A stretch of DNA of 64,000 bases from Candidatus Limnocylindrus sp. (GCA_040397175.1 JBBAWM010000001.1:185976-249975); one strand, 5' to 3'; positions 9,252-20,174 are shown, counted from the stretch's first letter. Program-made: numbers and translations. Notes: generated by a model not told the origin, from the sequence alone.

Positions 9252-10438
9252 CCCCGCTCGGCCTAACAAAGATCGATGCGACCGAGGACCCACTCAAACT
9301 ACTGGCCGAACACTTCGAGGGCCTCTATTCAGGGACGCTTGGCCTGAGCTCAATCAGCGGCGGGCAACAGGCGGCCGACAGGGCGCTCCAGCAGCTTGAT
9401 ATCAGGGGGTACGCCGACCGCCGCTCGCAGGTGCTTCCACGGGCGAATCGAGGCGCGAGCGTGCTCTCTCCATACATTCGTCACAACATGATCACGCTGC
9501 GCCAGGTCTATGACGCCGTACAGGGTGCACCAGCCAAAGATCGTGAGAAGTTCCGCGATGAGCTCTGGTGGCAGGAGTATGCGCGGCACCTCTACGCCCG
9601 CATTGGCGTGCGCCTATTCGAGAACCTGCGTTTTGCCGCGAACTGGCGCGGCGAGGGGAACGGCTGGAATCGGGAGATGCTCTGCATCGACGAAGTTGTC
9701 TCTGAGCTCGAGGGGGATGGCTGGCTCGTCAATCAAACTCGCATGTGGCTGGCCTCTCACTGGACGGTTCGCAATGGTGTTGGCTGGATCTCGGGCCAGG
9801 AGCGCATGCACCAAGAGCTCATCGATGGCTCCAGGGCCGCCAACCTGCTTGGATGGCAGTGGACGGTCGGTGCGGGCACCGGCAAGCCCTACGGTTTTGC
9901 GAAGTGGCAGGTGGACAAGCGAGCGCCAGGCATCTGTTCACGATGTCCCCTCAAGGCCAACTGCCCGATCGAGGAGTTCCCGCGCGAGGTACACCTAGAG
10001 CAGCTTGAGCGAGATCCGCTTCTGGACAACGATCCCAACGTGCAGCGCACCACTGGGCCGATCACGCCCAGAATCAAACGCCCTGCGACGCATGTGCTGC
10101 TGACGATCGACTCACTCGGAATGCACGATCCGGCGCTTCGGGCCAATCCGACCTTGCCCGCGATCTTTGTCTTCAATGAGGGTGCGCTGAGGAAACTACA
10201 GCTGAGCGCGCGGCGAATTGGGTTCTATCTGCAGACGCTTGGCGAGCTCAGTGCTCAGCGAGGTGTGGAGGTGTATATCGGTGATCCCTACCAGTTTGCA
10301 CAAGAGCATCCGGTAGCCGTGACCTATGCGCCCGTTCCATCATTTCGAAAATTCACATCGGTTGCTGAGCTGCATCCATATCCGTGGCTGAAACTGCCGT
10401 CTGCAGGATCAGTTCGCAGCTTCTCCTCGTGGCGATAA
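9245..10438 (+). CDS. Photolyase/cryptochrome-family protein, FAD domain N-terminal, probable Fe-S cluster
   Basis: SVLSPYIRH, ELWWQEY, GWLVNQTRMWLAS, LIDGSRAANLLGWQW; Cys set C...CSRCPLKANC. Confidence 0.85.
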   Translation: MVTPLGLTKIDATEDPLKLLAEHFEGLYSGTLGLSSISGGQQAADRALQQLDIRGYADRRSQVLPRANRGASVLSPYIRHNMITLRQVYDAVQGAPAKDREKFRDELWWQEYARHLYARIGVRLFENLRFAANWRGEGNGWNREMLCIDEVVSELEGDGWLVNQTRMWLASHWTVRNGVGWISGQERMHQELIDGSRAANLLGWQWTVGAGTGKPYGFAKWQVDKRAPGICSRCPLKANCPIEEFPREVHLEQLERDPLLDNDPNVQRTTGPITPRIKRPATHVLLTIDSLGMHDPALRANPTLPAIFVFNEGALRKLQLSARRIGFYLQTLGELSAQRGVEVYIGDPYQFAQEHPVAVTYAPVPSFRKFTSVAELHPYPWLKLPSAGSVRSFSSWR

Positions 10439-10465
10439 CAACAGTCCGTGTAGGGCGCCGCTGAG

Positions 10466-11743
10466 CTAGCGAAGCTTTCCGAAGAGCGCCGAGGCGTTCT
10501 GGCCACCGAAGCCGAAGCCATTGATCAGCACGCGGTCGACTGACTGGTTGGTGCGCGCGGTGTGCGGCACGTAGTCGAGGTCGCACTCGGGGTCTGGCGT
10601 GTCGAGGTTGATCGTGGGTGGTACGGTGCCCGTCTCGATCGCCTTGATGGCGGCGAGTCCGGCAATGGCGCCAGCGCCACCCAAGAGGTGGCCGACCATG
10701 CTCTTTGGCGAGCTGATCGGAATCTTGTAGGCGTGATCACCAAGGGCGCGCTTGATCGCCTTTGTTTCGGTGAGGTCGTTGAGTGGGGTGCTCGTGCCGT
10801 GCGCCACGATGTAGCTGATGTCTTCGATGACGGCGCCGCCATCGAGGATCGCCTTGGTCATGGAGCCTGCAGCGCCGCGGCCGGTTGGCTCAGGGGCGCT
10901 GATGTGGAAGGCGTCGGCGGTTGCACCGGCACCGAGCAGCTCGGCGCGAATCGTGGCCCCGCGCGCCTTCGCGTGGGCGAGCGACTCGACCACGAAGACG
11001 GCACCGCCTTCGCCGAAGACGAAGCCGTCGCGGTTCTTGTCAAACGGTCGGCTGGCGTGCGTTGGGTCGTCGTTGCGCTTGCTGAGGGCGCCCATGTTGC
11101 TGAGGGCGGCGAAGGCCATCGGCAGGAGTGGTGCCTCGACGCCACCGGCGACGACCACGTCGGCCTCGCCGCTGCGGATCAGGCGGAGTGCATCTTGAAA
11201 GGCGAGCACGCCCGTGGCGCAGGCGGCGGCCTGGGTGATCGCGGCGCCGGTGAGGCCGTACTTCATGCTGACCATGCAGGCGCCCATGCTCGGGCTAAGG
11301 GCAGGAATGGCGAAGGCGCTCACGAAGCGGCCGCCCTTTTCGCGATAGGCGTCGCTCCCGATGGTGACCTGCTCGATGCCACCACCGCCGGTGTTGATCA
11401 CCGTGGCAACGCGGTCGCGGCGCTCTGGCTCCCAGCTGGCAATGTCGGCGAGGCCGGCGTGTTCGATGGCTTCGGTGGCGGCGGCGATCGCGAACTGCAC
11501 GAAGCGGCTCATGCGACGCGCCATCTTCATATCCATGGTGAGGAGCGGATCGAAGCCCTTCACCTCGGCGGCGATGCGCACGTCGTTTGGTGAGGCGTCG
11601 AAGTGGGTGATGAGGCCCGCACCTGAGCGTCCTGCGATCAGGCTCTCCCAGTATTCGCCAGCGCTATTGCCGATCGGCGTAATCGCGCCGTAGCCGGTGA
11701 TGACCGCGCGCTGCGTGTCGGTTCGTACGGGGGTGGTGCTCAT
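10466..11743 (-). CDS. fabF: Beta-ketoacyl-ACP synthase II
   Basis: ACATG, HGTSTPLND, KSMVGH, NGFGFGGQN. Confidence 0.92.
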   Translation of the reverse strand: MSTTPVRTDTQRAVITGYGAITPIGNSAGEYWESLIAGRSGAGLITHFDASPNDVRIAAEVKGFDPLLTMDMKMARRMSRFVQFAIAAATEAIEHAGLADIASWEPERRDRVATVINTGGGGIEQVTIGSDAYREKGGRFVSAFAIPALSPSMGACMVSMKYGLTGAAITQAAACATGVLAFQDALRLIRSGEADVVVAGGVEAPLLPMAFAALSNMGALSKRNDDPTHASRPFDKNRDGFVFGEGGAVFVVESLAHAKARGATIRAELLGAGATADAFHISAPEPTGRGAAGSMTKAILDGGAVIEDISYIVAHGTSTPLNDLTETKAIKRALGDHAYKIPISSPKSMVGHLLGGAGAIAGLAAIKAIETGTVPPTINLDTPDPECDLDYVPHTARTNQSVDRVLINGFGFGGQNASALFGKLR

Positions 11744-11751
11744 GGCTCCTC

Positions 11752-13017
11752 CTACTTTCCGGTCCAGCGCCGCAACACGATGGCGCCATTATGGCCACCG
11801 AGCCCAACGTTGTTGCTCACCGCGGCACGAATCTCGGCCGGGCGTGTTTCACAGTTGACGTTCAGGTTGCAGGCGGGGTCGACGTTCTTCGTATGCAGAG
11901 TTCCTGGAATCACCTGGTGGTGCAGCGAGAGGGTCGTGAAGACTGCCTCCACGGCGCCCGCGGCACCCATCAGGTGTCCCGTCAGTGACTTCGTTGCTGA
12001 GATTGGAATCTCTGCCGCACGTGGCCCGAAGGAGGCGTGGAAGGCGAGCGCCTCGCGCTCGTCGCCCACTGGCGTGCTGGTGCCGTGCGGATTGATCAAA
12101 TCAATCTCCGACGGATCGATCTTGCCGCGCTGCAGCGCCCACTTAATGGAGCGCGCCGAACCGGCACCCCCCTCGATCGGCTGGATCATGTCGTGCGCGT
12201 CGGCCGAGCTGCCGTAGCCAACAACTTCGGCGTATATGGTGGCGCCGCGCGCCGTGGCCGAGGCGAGATCCTCAACGATGAAGGCGCCCGCCCCTTCGCC
12301 CAGAACGAAGCCGGCGCGATCCACGTCGTACGGTCGGCAGGCCGATGCTGGCCCTTCGCCGTCGCGCGGGCTGGCGAGTCCGCGCATGTTCATGAAGCCG
12401 ATGTGCGCCACCTCGATAAGGGGGTTCTCGGTGGAGCCGGCGATGACGGCGGTCACGTCGCCGCGCTTGATCGCCTCAGCAGCCTCGCCCAAGGCATGCG
12501 TGCCGGTGGCGCATGCGGAGACGACGGCGAGGTTGTGCCCCACGGCGCCCGACTCGATCGCAATCATCCCCGAGGTGCTGTCGACGAGGCCGTGGGCGAT
12601 GAAGGTCGGCGCAACGGTGCGCGGCCCCTTCTCCTTCCAGCTCATCTGGTTCTCGATGAAGAGCCCTTGCCCGCCAGCGCCCGAGCCGAAGACCACGCCA
12701 ACCTCTTCGCGGTTCGCGTCGGTGATCTCGAGCCCCGAGTCGCGCAGGGCGGCCTTCGCCGCGGCAACACCCCAATGGATCTCGGGGCCGGTGCGGCGGA
12801 TCTGCTTGGCGTCGAGGAACTGGGTGACGTCAAAGTCCTTCACTTCGCCAGCAACCACGTATGGCGCGTAGGGGGTTGGGTCCCAGTGGGTGATCTGCGC
12901 GATGCCGCTGCGCCCTTCCGTCAGTGATGTCCAGACGTCGCCGACGGTGTTGCCGATCGGCGAGACGATGCCGAGTCCGGTGATAACGACCCGTCGGGTG
13001 TGATCTGGCTCGCGCAT
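11752..13017 (-). CDS. fabF: Beta-ketoacyl-ACP synthase II, second paralog
   Basis: ACATG, HGTSTPVGD, KSLTGH, NNVGLGGHN. Confidence 0.88.
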   Translation of the reverse strand: MREPDHTRRVVITGLGIVSPIGNTVGDVWTSLTEGRSGIAQITHWDPTPYAPYVVAGEVKDFDVTQFLDAKQIRRTGPEIHWGVAAAKAALRDSGLEITDANREEVGVVFGSGAGGQGLFIENQMSWKEKGPRTVAPTFIAHGLVDSTSGMIAIESGAVGHNLAVVSACATGTHALGEAAEAIKRGDVTAVIAGSTENPLIEVAHIGFMNMRGLASPRDGEGPASACRPYDVDRAGFVLGEGAGAFIVEDLASATARGATIYAEVVGYGSSADAHDMIQPIEGGAGSARSIKWALQRGKIDPSEIDLINPHGTSTPVGDEREALAFHASFGPRAAEIPISATKSLTGHLMGAAGAVEAVFTTLSLHHQVIPGTLHTKNVDPACNLNVNCETRPAEIRAAVSNNVGLGGHNGAIVLRRWTGK

Positions 13018-13036
13018 GCCGCTACTCCTTCACTAC

Positions 13037-13978
13037 TCAGGCTGCTGGACTGATGTCATCAATAGAGAAAACCTCGGAACCGTCAGCCGATGGGATGCGC
13101 TTCACGAGTCCGGCAAGCACACGGCCCGAGCCAACCTCGATGTAGCGCTGCGTGCCCGCTGCTGCCATGGCGTTCACCGCGGCGATCCAGTCGACGCCAC
13201 TGGTGAGGTGATTCGAAAGTTCGTCGCGCAGCTGTGCGGCGGTGGTGATGCGCGCGGCTGTAGCGTTGGCGAGCATCGGTGTCTTCGGATCGGCGATGGC
13301 GACGGCGGCGAGTGCCTCGCGCATGCCGGCTGCGGCCTCCTCCATGAGTGGTGAGTGGCTGGCGATGCTGACCTGCAGTCGCACAGCGCGCTTGGCGCCT
13401 GCGGCGCTTGCGGCGGCAACGGCCGCTTCGATGGCAGCGACTTCACCCGAGAGCACGATCTGCCCCGGCGAGTTGCGATTGGCAAAGACCAAGATGCCGA
13501 GCTTCGCGCCGGCGGCGATCACGTCAGCCTCGGCGCTCTCAGGGAGGCCGAGAATGGCCGCCATGGCCCCAGGTCGTCCGCCACCAGATGCCTGCATCAG
13601 TTCGCCACGTCGGCGGGCGAGTCGCACGCCGTCGGCAACGGAGAGTGCGCCAGCGGCAACGGCGGCGGCGTACTGGCCGGCCGAGTGTCCGGCGATAAGG
13701 ATCGGTTCGCCGAGGGGTATGCCTGCGGCGGCGGCGCGTTCGCGCGCGGCGGCGAGCAGGGCAATGGAGATCGTGAGGATGGCTGGCTGTGCGACCTCGG
13801 TGCGCTCGAGGGCTTCCACGGGGCCGGTGGCCATCAGCTGGCCGAGTGGCTGACCGAGGGCAGCCTCAGCCTCGGCGAGGACGGCGCGTGCGGCAGGGGA
13901 GGCGGCGAGGGCGGCGGCGCCCATGCCGACGCTCTGCGAGCCCTGCCCAGGAAAGATCCACGAGGTGTTCGGTGGCAT
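13037..13978 (-). CDS. fabD: Malonyl-CoA:ACP transacylase
   Basis: FPGQGSQ, AQPAI, GHSAG, ASHS motifs. Confidence 0.92.
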   Translation of the reverse strand: MPPNTSWIFPGQGSQSVGMGAAALAASPAARAVLAEAEAALGQPLGQLMATGPVEALERTEVAQPAILTISIALLAAARERAAAAGIPLGEPILIAGHSAGQYAAAVAAGALSVADGVRLARRRGELMQASGGGRPGAMAAILGLPESAEADVIAAGAKLGILVFANRNSPGQIVLSGEVAAIEAAVAAASAAGAKRAVRLQVSIASHSPLMEEAAAGMREALAAVAIADPKTPMLANATAARITTAAQLRDELSNHLTSGVDWIAAVNAMAAAGTQRYIEVGSGRVLAGLVKRIPSADGSEVFSIDDISPAA

Positions 13979-14015
13979 GCGGGGAATCGTAGCCGCCCCC
14001 ATCGGCCCGCCGCGC

Positions 14016-14036
14016 TAATATATGCGCATATGCATA
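14016..14036. promoter_or_regulatory. Putative MarR operator overlapping the -10 box and start codon
   Basis: Perfect 12-bp palindrome ATATGCGCATAT (14020-14031) plus TATGCATA, in an AT-rich patch between divergent fabD and marR. Confidence 0.55.
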
Positions 14037-14611
14037 CACCTCGGCGTAGCCGCATCTCCGAGATCACGAAGGCCGCCGAGGGGCTGCGCAGTCGCCTACC
14101 CGCCGCCGTGCGCGTGGCTCGCGGTGAGATGGGGGAGAGCCCGCTCGATGAGGTCTCGCGACGCCGGCAGAGCCTTGGTGAGATCGGCGGCCGCATCGTT
14201 TCGATTCGCCGCCTTTGGCGCGAGCTGGTGCTTTCGACGGCGCAGCAGTTAGCGCCGAGCGAACTCTCGTTGGCGCAGGTTGCCGCGCTCTATCTGCTGG
14301 CCGACGGCAAGCCGCGATCCGTGGGCGAGATTGCGCGGGACCTCGGCCGCTCACATTCGGCAACGAGTCGCCTCGTGAGCTTCCTGCATGAGCGTCGCTA
14401 TCTGCGTACCGCGCCAGCGAGTGATGCCCGCGTGCGCCGATCACAGCTCGCGGCGGGCGGCGAAGCGTTGCTGACGTCGATTGATCGCGGTCGCGCGGAA
14501 CAGTTTGTGGATGTGGTGCGTCGGCTGCCGAAGGCGGAGCGCGGTCTGGTTGCTGCAGCGGTTGCCGCGTTGGCAACGCGCGCGCCGGTTACTCCCCCGC
14601 GTACCCCATAG
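14030..14611 (+). CDS. MarR-family transcriptional regulator
   Basis: LSLAQVAAL...SVGEIARDLGRSHSATSRLV...DARVR winged helix; start may be 14030 or 14129. Confidence 0.8.
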   Translation: MHTPRRSRISEITKAAEGLRSRLPAAVRVARGEMGESPLDEVSRRRQSLGEIGGRIVSIRRLWRELVLSTAQQLAPSELSLAQVAALYLLADGKPRSVGEIARDLGRSHSATSRLVSFLHERRYLRTAPASDARVRRSQLAAGGEALLTSIDRGRAEQFVDVVRRLPKAERGLVAAAVAALATRAPVTPPRTP

Positions 14612-16097
14612 CCACGTCGTAGAGCACCTCAACGCCCCAGGCGAGGGCCTCTTGCGAGACGCGCTCGTCAATCCCGTGGAAGCGCTCCATGAAGCGCTCC
14701 TTCGGATCGAGCAGATACGGTGAGAATCCGTAGGTTGGAATGCCGGCTGGCACGGTGATCTTCGCGTCGGTCGCATACGGCGCCACGGCGGGCATCAAGA
14801 TCGCCTCGCTGTCGCGCGTGCGAATTGCGGCACTCGCAATTCCCAGGATCTCGTGATCCATTGGGTTGCTCACAGCGGCACCGTACTCAATGAGGTCAAG
14901 CTTTACGAACGGCGCAAGGTCTGCACCGATGCGGTCGAACATGTTGCGCTCAGCCGCCTCGCGCGTCGTCCCAGGCAGGATGCGGCTATCAACGGTGAGC
15001 GTTGCGGAACCTGGCAGCACGTTAGAGCGAATGCCCGAGGTGAGAATCGTTGGGGCGAAGGTGTCGCGCAGTACCGCGCGAAGCGCTCGCAGGAGCTCAG
15101 GGGCACAGCCTGCGGCGGCCGCCTCGCTGTTGAGCTCCTTGGCGTCGTCAAAGGTCTGCTCGCTCAGCAGGCGCTCCAGGCGACCGAGGGCGCCGGCTGG
15201 GAGGGCGGCACGAAGTGCGGCAAGAAGCGCCTCGTTCTCGGGCACGATTTGCACTGGGCCGGGCACGGAGACGCGCTCCACCACCAGAGCGGCTCGGAGC
15301 AGGGCGTTGTCGCTGTCGGGCATCGATGCGTGACCCCAACGACCGCTGACGGTGATGGTGAATCGGGCGAAGCCCTTCTCGGCCACCTGCAGCGGGTAGA
15401 TACGTCGACCGGCGGCGGTGATCGTCATGCCACCCGCCTCGGTGAGGCCGACTGCGGCGTCGAGCCAGTGCTTGCGATCCTTCAGAACGAGGGCGATGCC
15501 GTCGAGACCGCCCGTCTCTTCGTCGGCGGTGGCGGTAAGGATGATGTCGCGGCGTAGGCCAGGGATCACATCCTTCGCTGGATTCAGACCGGCGGCGCGC
15601 GCGCGCTCGCAGAGGAGTCGAATCACGCCGACCTGCACGGCGAGGGCACCCTTCATGTCGACGGCGCCACGACCCCAGATGTAGCCCTCCTTGACGACGC
15701 CTTCAAACGGATCAACCGTCCAGCCATCTTGATTTGCGGGAACTACATCGAGGTGCGCGAAGAGGAGGAGCGCACCATCTTTCGGATCGCGCGGGTCAAG
15801 CTTCGGATTTGCAGCGGAGGCGCTGCCGCGCAGGCGCACACTGACATTGCCGCGGCCAGGGATAGGTTCGAAGAACTCAGGCTCCAGGCCCTCGCGTCGG
15901 AGCAGCTCGATCAGCACCTTGGCGGCGCGCGTCTCGTTCCCTGGTGGATTCACGCTCTCGGCGCGAATCAGCTGCACCAGGTCATCGCCCGCCTCAGCGC
16001 CGATGCGCTTCATCAGCGCGGCGTCAACGGTGGCGGAGGGGAGGCCCTTCGGAAAGTGATCCGCAGCAGTTGCGGTGAAACGCGAGGCGCCGCTCAC
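14589..16097 (-). CDS. M20/M25/M40 metallo-hydrolase (ArgE/DapE-like)
   Basis: HLDVV, GRGAVDMKG, DEE, GHAS, HGIDE motifs. Confidence 0.9.
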   Translation of the reverse strand: MSGASRFTATAADHFPKGLPSATVDAALMKRIGAEAGDDLVQLIRAESVNPPGNETRAAKVLIELLRREGLEPEFFEPIPGRGNVSVRLRGSASAANPKLDPRDPKDGALLLFAHLDVVPANQDGWTVDPFEGVVKEGYIWGRGAVDMKGALAVQVGVIRLLCERARAAGLNPAKDVIPGLRRDIILTATADEETGGLDGIALVLKDRKHWLDAAVGLTEAGGMTITAAGRRIYPLQVAEKGFARFTITVSGRWGHASMPDSDNALLRAALVVERVSVPGPVQIVPENEALLAALRAALPAGALGRLERLLSEQTFDDAKELNSEAAAAGCAPELLRALRAVLRDTFAPTILTSGIRSNVLPGSATLTVDSRILPGTTREAAERNMFDRIGADLAPFVKLDLIEYGAAVSNPMDHEILGIASAAIRTRDSEAILMPAVAPYATDAKITVPAGIPTYGFSPYLLDPKERFMERFHGIDERVSQEALAWGVEVLYDVAMGYAGE

Positions 16098-16333
16098 TTG
16101 CCCACGCCAGCAATCGTGAGGATCAGCTGCAAGATGAGTGCGCCAACGGTTACGCCAACGAGTCCGCCCACGATGATCTTGACGCCGCGCACGCCAGCGC
16201 GCTCATCGGCGTCCGCCTTGGTCTGCTGGGCTCGGGTGAGCTGATCCCCGCCAGGAATTGCGGGGGCATCCAGGCCGCGGAGGCCACCACGGGGGTCCTT
16301 CGGGTCAATTGCCTTTACCTTCGCTGCGCTCAT
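16094..16333 (-). CDS. Small hypothetical membrane protein
   Basis: ATGA overlap with the ilvD stop; single C-terminal TM helix. Confidence 0.6.
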   Translation of the reverse strand: MSAAKVKAIDPKDPRGGLRGLDAPAIPGGDQLTRAQQTKADADERAGVRGVKIIVGGLVGVTVGALILQLILTIAGVGK

Positions 16334-18069
16334 CGGTCGGTTGACCCTTTCAGCGCCTTGGCGAGGCGCACCCCTGTGGTGATGGCGCCATCTGACGCGC
16401 TGCTCACCAAAGCAGCGTACTTCGCCCAGACGCCGCCGGCGTAGTGTGGTGCGGGGGCGCGCCATGCCGCGCGACGTGTGGTGAGCTCGCTCTCGGGGAC
16501 CTCAATGCGCAGCTCGTGCGAGTCAACGTCGATGGTGATGGCGTCGCCTTCATGAACGAGGGCGATCGGTCCGCCGAGCGCCGCCTCAGGTGCGATGTGC
16601 GCGACCATGAAGCCGTGGGTGGCACCAGAGAAGCGGCCGTCCGTAATGAGTGCGACCTCGTCGCCGAGCCCCTGGCCCACGAGTGCTGCCGTTACGGCGA
16701 GCATCTCGCGCATCCCTGGTCCGCCGACTGGTCCTTCATAGCGAATTACGACGACGTCGCCGGAAACGATCCTGTTGGCGCGGATCGCGGCGAAGGCCGC
16801 CTCTTCGGAATCAAAGACGCGCGCCGGCCCGCTGTGATGTCGTCGCTCGTGGCCGGCGAGCTTCACGATCGCACCCTCAGGTGCCAAGCTGCCGCGCAGC
16901 ACGGTGAGGCCGCCCGTCTTCTTGATCGGGTTGTTGATGGGGCGAATCACATCCTGACCTTCGCGTTCGTTCGCCTGCGATGCGATCTCGCCCATCGTGC
17001 GCCCATCAACACTCTGCTCATTCAGGTGCAGCAGGCCGCCAGCGGCAAGTTCGCGCAACACCAGCGCAATACCACCCGCCTTATAGAGGTCAAGTGCGGC
17101 ATAGGAACCGCCAGGAATGAGGTTGCCGATCACCGGCGTTGATTCACCGAGTCGCTCAAAGGCTTCAATCTCAAGCGGTAGGTTGAACTCGCGGGCGATG
17201 GCGAGCAGGTGGAGCACCGCGTTTGTGGAGCCAGCGGTGGCACCCACGGCGCGGATCGCGTTCTCGAGCGCCTTGCCGGTGACGATGTCGCGCGGCTTCA
17301 AGTTCTTGCGAACCAGCTCCACCGCGATCTCGCCCGAGCGTTCGGCGGCGGCGATCTTGTCGGGGTCGGTGGCAGGGATGCCGTTCAGACCCGCGGGGGA
17401 GAGGCCGATCACCTCGAGCGCCATGCTCATCGTGTTCGCGGTGAACTGGCCGCCGCAGGCGCCCGCCCCTGGGCAGGCGGCGTTCTCAAGATCCCAAAGC
17501 TCTTCGGCGGTGATCTTCCCGGCGTTGTACGAGCCGACCGCTTCGAAGACGCTCTGCACCGTCACATCCTTCCCCTTATACGTGCCGGGAAGGATCGTGC
17601 CGTTGTAAAGGACGAGCCCAGGAATATTCAGGCGGCCGAGCGCCATTGCGGCGCCAGGGCTGGTCTTGTCGCAGCCGGTCAGGCAGACGATGCCGTCGAA
17701 GCTGTGGCCCATCGAGACGAGCTCGATGGAGTCGGCGATGATCTCGCGCGAAATGAGCGAGGCCTTCATCCCTTCGGTGCCCATTGCGACGCCGTCGGAG
17801 ACGGAGATCGTGCCGAACTCCATCGGCGTGCCGCCCGCGCGTCGAATGCCGCGCTTCACCGCCTCTGCGAGTTCGCGCTGATTCAAGTTGCACGGCATCG
17901 TCTCGATCCAGGTGGTGGCAACGCCAATGATTGGCTTGGCGAGATCCTCGTCGGTGAAGCCGACCGCCTTCAGCATTGCGCGCGCTGGTGCGCGATCTGG
18001 TCCGTCGGTCATGGCGGCAGAGTGCCGCTTCGCCGGATCGCTCGCGCGGTCGTACGGGTTCTTGCTCAT
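16330..18069 (-). CDS. ilvD: Dihydroxy-acid dehydratase
   Basis: [27 protein letters not shown]. Confidence 0.96.
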   Translation of the reverse strand: MSKNPYDRASDPAKRHSAAMTDGPDRAPARAMLKAVGFTDEDLAKPIIGVATTWIETMPCNLNQRELAEAVKRGIRRAGGTPMEFGTISVSDGVAMGTEGMKASLISREIIADSIELVSMGHSFDGIVCLTGCDKTSPGAAMALGRLNIPGLVLYNGTILPGTYKGKDVTVQSVFEAVGSYNAGKITAEELWDLENAACPGAGACGGQFTANTMSMALEVIGLSPAGLNGIPATDPDKIAAAERSGEIAVELVRKNLKPRDIVTGKALENAIRAVGATAGSTNAVLHLLAIAREFNLPLEIEAFERLGESTPVIGNLIPGGSYAALDLYKAGGIALVLRELAAGGLLHLNEQSVDGRTMGEIASQANEREGQDVIRPINNPIKKTGGLTVLRGSLAPEGAIVKLAGHERRHHSGPARVFDSEEAAFAAIRANRIVSGDVVVIRYEGPVGGPGMREMLAVTAALVGQGLGDEVALITDGRFSGATHGFMVAHIAPEAALGGPIALVHEGDAITIDVDSHELRIEVPESELTTRRAAWRAPAPHYAGGVWAKYAALVSSASDGAITTGVRLAKALKGSTDR

Positions 18070-18698
18070 CGCGGGGCGTTCGGCTGCAGGGTGTTGATCG
18101 TGCCCGGGTGCGCCGTCTCGTGCGCCAGAATCTTTTCTCCCTGCGTGCGGATGTAGTCCAACTCATCAAGGCCATCGAGCAACATCTTCTGGCTGAAGAG
18201 GTCAATCGGGAATGCGTGCGTTGCGCCGTCAGGGGTCGTCATCGTTGCGGTGGCAAGGTCGATCGTGACCGTTGCGGCGAGGTCGTCCTTCGCAATCTGC
18301 ATCATCGTGCCGTGCAGGTCGGCGGGCAAAACGATCGGCAGAATCCCGTTCTTCAGCGCGTTCGATTTAAAGATGTCGGCGAAGCTGGTTGAGAAGATCG
18401 CCTTGATACCGAACGCACTCAGCGCCCACGGCGCATGCTCGCGGCTGGAGCCGGTGCCGAAGTTGTCGCCTGCAACCAGGATGCCGTGACCGGCATAGCG
18501 CGGCTCATCGATCACGAACGGTGGGTTCTTCTTTGAACCGTCGGCCTCAAAGCGCCAGTCGTGGAAGAGGGCATCGGCGAGTCCTGCCTTGTCGATGACC
18601 TTCAGGTAGCGGGCGGGGACGATCTGGTCGGTGTCGACGTTCTCGGCGGGGAGTGGCACGAGCCCCGTGGTGAAGGTGCCGACCTTTGGGGCGGCCAT
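18066..18698 (-). CDS. leuD: 3-isopropylmalate dehydratase small subunit
   Basis: [18 protein letters not shown]. Confidence 0.95.
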   Translation of the reverse strand: MAAPKVGTFTTGLVPLPAENVDTDQIVPARYLKVIDKAGLADALFHDWRFEADGSKKNPPFVIDEPRYAGHGILVAGDNFGTGSSREHAPWALSAFGIKAIFSTSFADIFKSNALKNGILPIVLPADLHGTMMQIAKDDLAATVTIDLATATMTTPDGATHAFPIDLFSQKMLLDGLDELDYIRTQGEKILAHETAHPGTINTLQPNAPR

Positions 18699-20110
18699 CA
18701 GCCGCTCATCCCTGGAAGCGTGCGTGGATCGGCGATCACGCCGGTGAGGGCGGTGGCGGCGGCGGTCAGCGGCGAGGCCAAGAAGGTGCGGCCCCCCTTC
18801 CCCTGGCGCCCTTCAAAGTTGCGGTTCGAGGTGCTGATCGCGTACTCACCGGGGGCGAGCTGGTCGCCATTCATGGCGATGCACATCGAGCAGCCCGCTT
18901 CGCGCCAATCGGCACCCGCGTCGCGGAAGATCTTGTCGAGCCCTTCGCGTTCCGCCTGTCGCTTCACATCGGCTGAACCTGGCACCACCATCACGCGCAC
19001 ACCCTTGGCGACGGTCTGACCCTTGAGAACATTTGCGGCGAGGCGCAGGTCGCTGATGCGACCGTTGGTGCAGCTCCCAATAAAGACGGTGTTGACCGGC
19101 CGGCCAATGATGCTGTCGCCAGCGTGCAAATCCATGTATTCGAGTGCGCGCGTCAGTGCGCGCGCGGCAGCAGGGTCGGACTCGTCGGCGGGATTCGGAA
19201 TCGTGCCGCTGATCGGCAGGCCCATCCCAGGGTTCGTGCCGTAGGTGACCATCGGCTCCAGGGTGTTGGCATCGATGACGATCTCCTTGTCGTAGGTTGC
19301 ACCCTCGTCGCTGGCGAGTGTGCGCCAGCGCGCGACCGCGGCATCCCAATCGGCGCCCTGCGGCGCATGTGGTCGACCCTTCAAGTAGGCAAACGTGGTT
19401 TCGTCGGGGGCAACGAGGCCGGCGCGCGCGCCACCCTCGATGCTCATGTTGCAGATCGTCATGCGCTCTTCCATTGAAAGTGCGCGAATTGCCGAGCCTG
19501 CGTATTCAAAGACGTGTCCGGTGCCGCCACCAACACCTATGCGCGCGATCAGCGCAAGGATGATGTCCTTCGCGGAGACGCCTGGGCGAAGCGTTCCATC
19601 CACGCGCACAAGATAGGTCTTGGGCTTGCGCTGCAAGAGGCACTGGGTGGCGAGGACCATCTCCACTTCGCTGGTGCCGATGCCGAAGGCGAGTCCGCCG
19701 AACGCGCCATGCGTCGCGGTGTGCGAGTCGCCACACACAATGGTGGCGCCAGGCTGGGTGAGGCCGAGCTCTGGCCCAATGACGTGCACGATCCCCTGGT
19801 TCGGCGACTCCCAGCCGTGGAGTGGGACGCCGAACTCGGCGCAGTTCGCCTCGAGCTGCTTCACCTGTGCGGCGGCCATCTCGTCGGCGATCGGCAGGTT
19901 GCGTGGTGTGGTGGGAATGGAGTGGTCGGCGGTCGCCACCGTTCGGTCGGGGCGGCGCACCTTCAACCCGCGGCCGCGGAGGCCGGTGAACGCCTGGGGG
20001 CTGGTGACCTCGTGCACGAGGTGCAGGTCGATCGCGAGGATGGCGGGCGCCCCCTCCTGCTGATCGACAACGTGCTCGCTCCAGATCTTTTCAATGATGG
20101 TCTGCGGCAT
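18698..20110 (-). CDS. leuC: 3-isopropylmalate dehydratase large subunit
   Basis: [33 protein letters not shown]. Confidence 0.97.
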   Translation of the reverse strand: MPQTIIEKIWSEHVVDQQEGAPAILAIDLHLVHEVTSPQAFTGLRGRGLKVRRPDRTVATADHSIPTTPRNLPIADEMAAAQVKQLEANCAEFGVPLHGWESPNQGIVHVIGPELGLTQPGATIVCGDSHTATHGAFGGLAFGIGTSEVEMVLATQCLLQRKPKTYLVRVDGTLRPGVSAKDIILALIARIGVGGGTGHVFEYAGSAIRALSMEERMTICNMSIEGGARAGLVAPDETTFAYLKGRPHAPQGADWDAAVARWRTLASDEGATYDKEIVIDANTLEPMVTYGTNPGMGLPISGTIPNPADESDPAAARALTRALEYMDLHAGDSIIGRPVNTVFIGSCTNGRISDLRLAANVLKGQTVAKGVRVMVVPGSADVKRQAEREGLDKIFRDAGADWREAGCSMCIAMNGDQLAPGEYAISTSNRNFEGRQGKGGRTFLASPLTAAATALTGVIADPRTLPGMSG

Positions 20111-20174
20111 AGAGCGAGCCTACCAGAGGGCGAAACCTCACCTCGAGGCGCGTGTCGCGTGGGATACTGGAAAG

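Noticed and set aside
5183-10445. Integron or prophage interpretation of the cassettes
   Set aside because: No intI, attC-like hairpins, phage genes or terminal inverted repeats; the only boundary signal is the copA tail.
10466-13978. Type II PKS (KS/CLF pair)
   Set aside because: Both ketosynthases retain the catalytic Cys, and no ACP, cyclase or tailoring genes are adjacent.
13355-14029. Long N-terminal extension of MarR in the ORF track (418 aa)
   Set aside because: It overlaps fabD on the opposite strand; the -10 box and HTH position support a start at 14030 or later.
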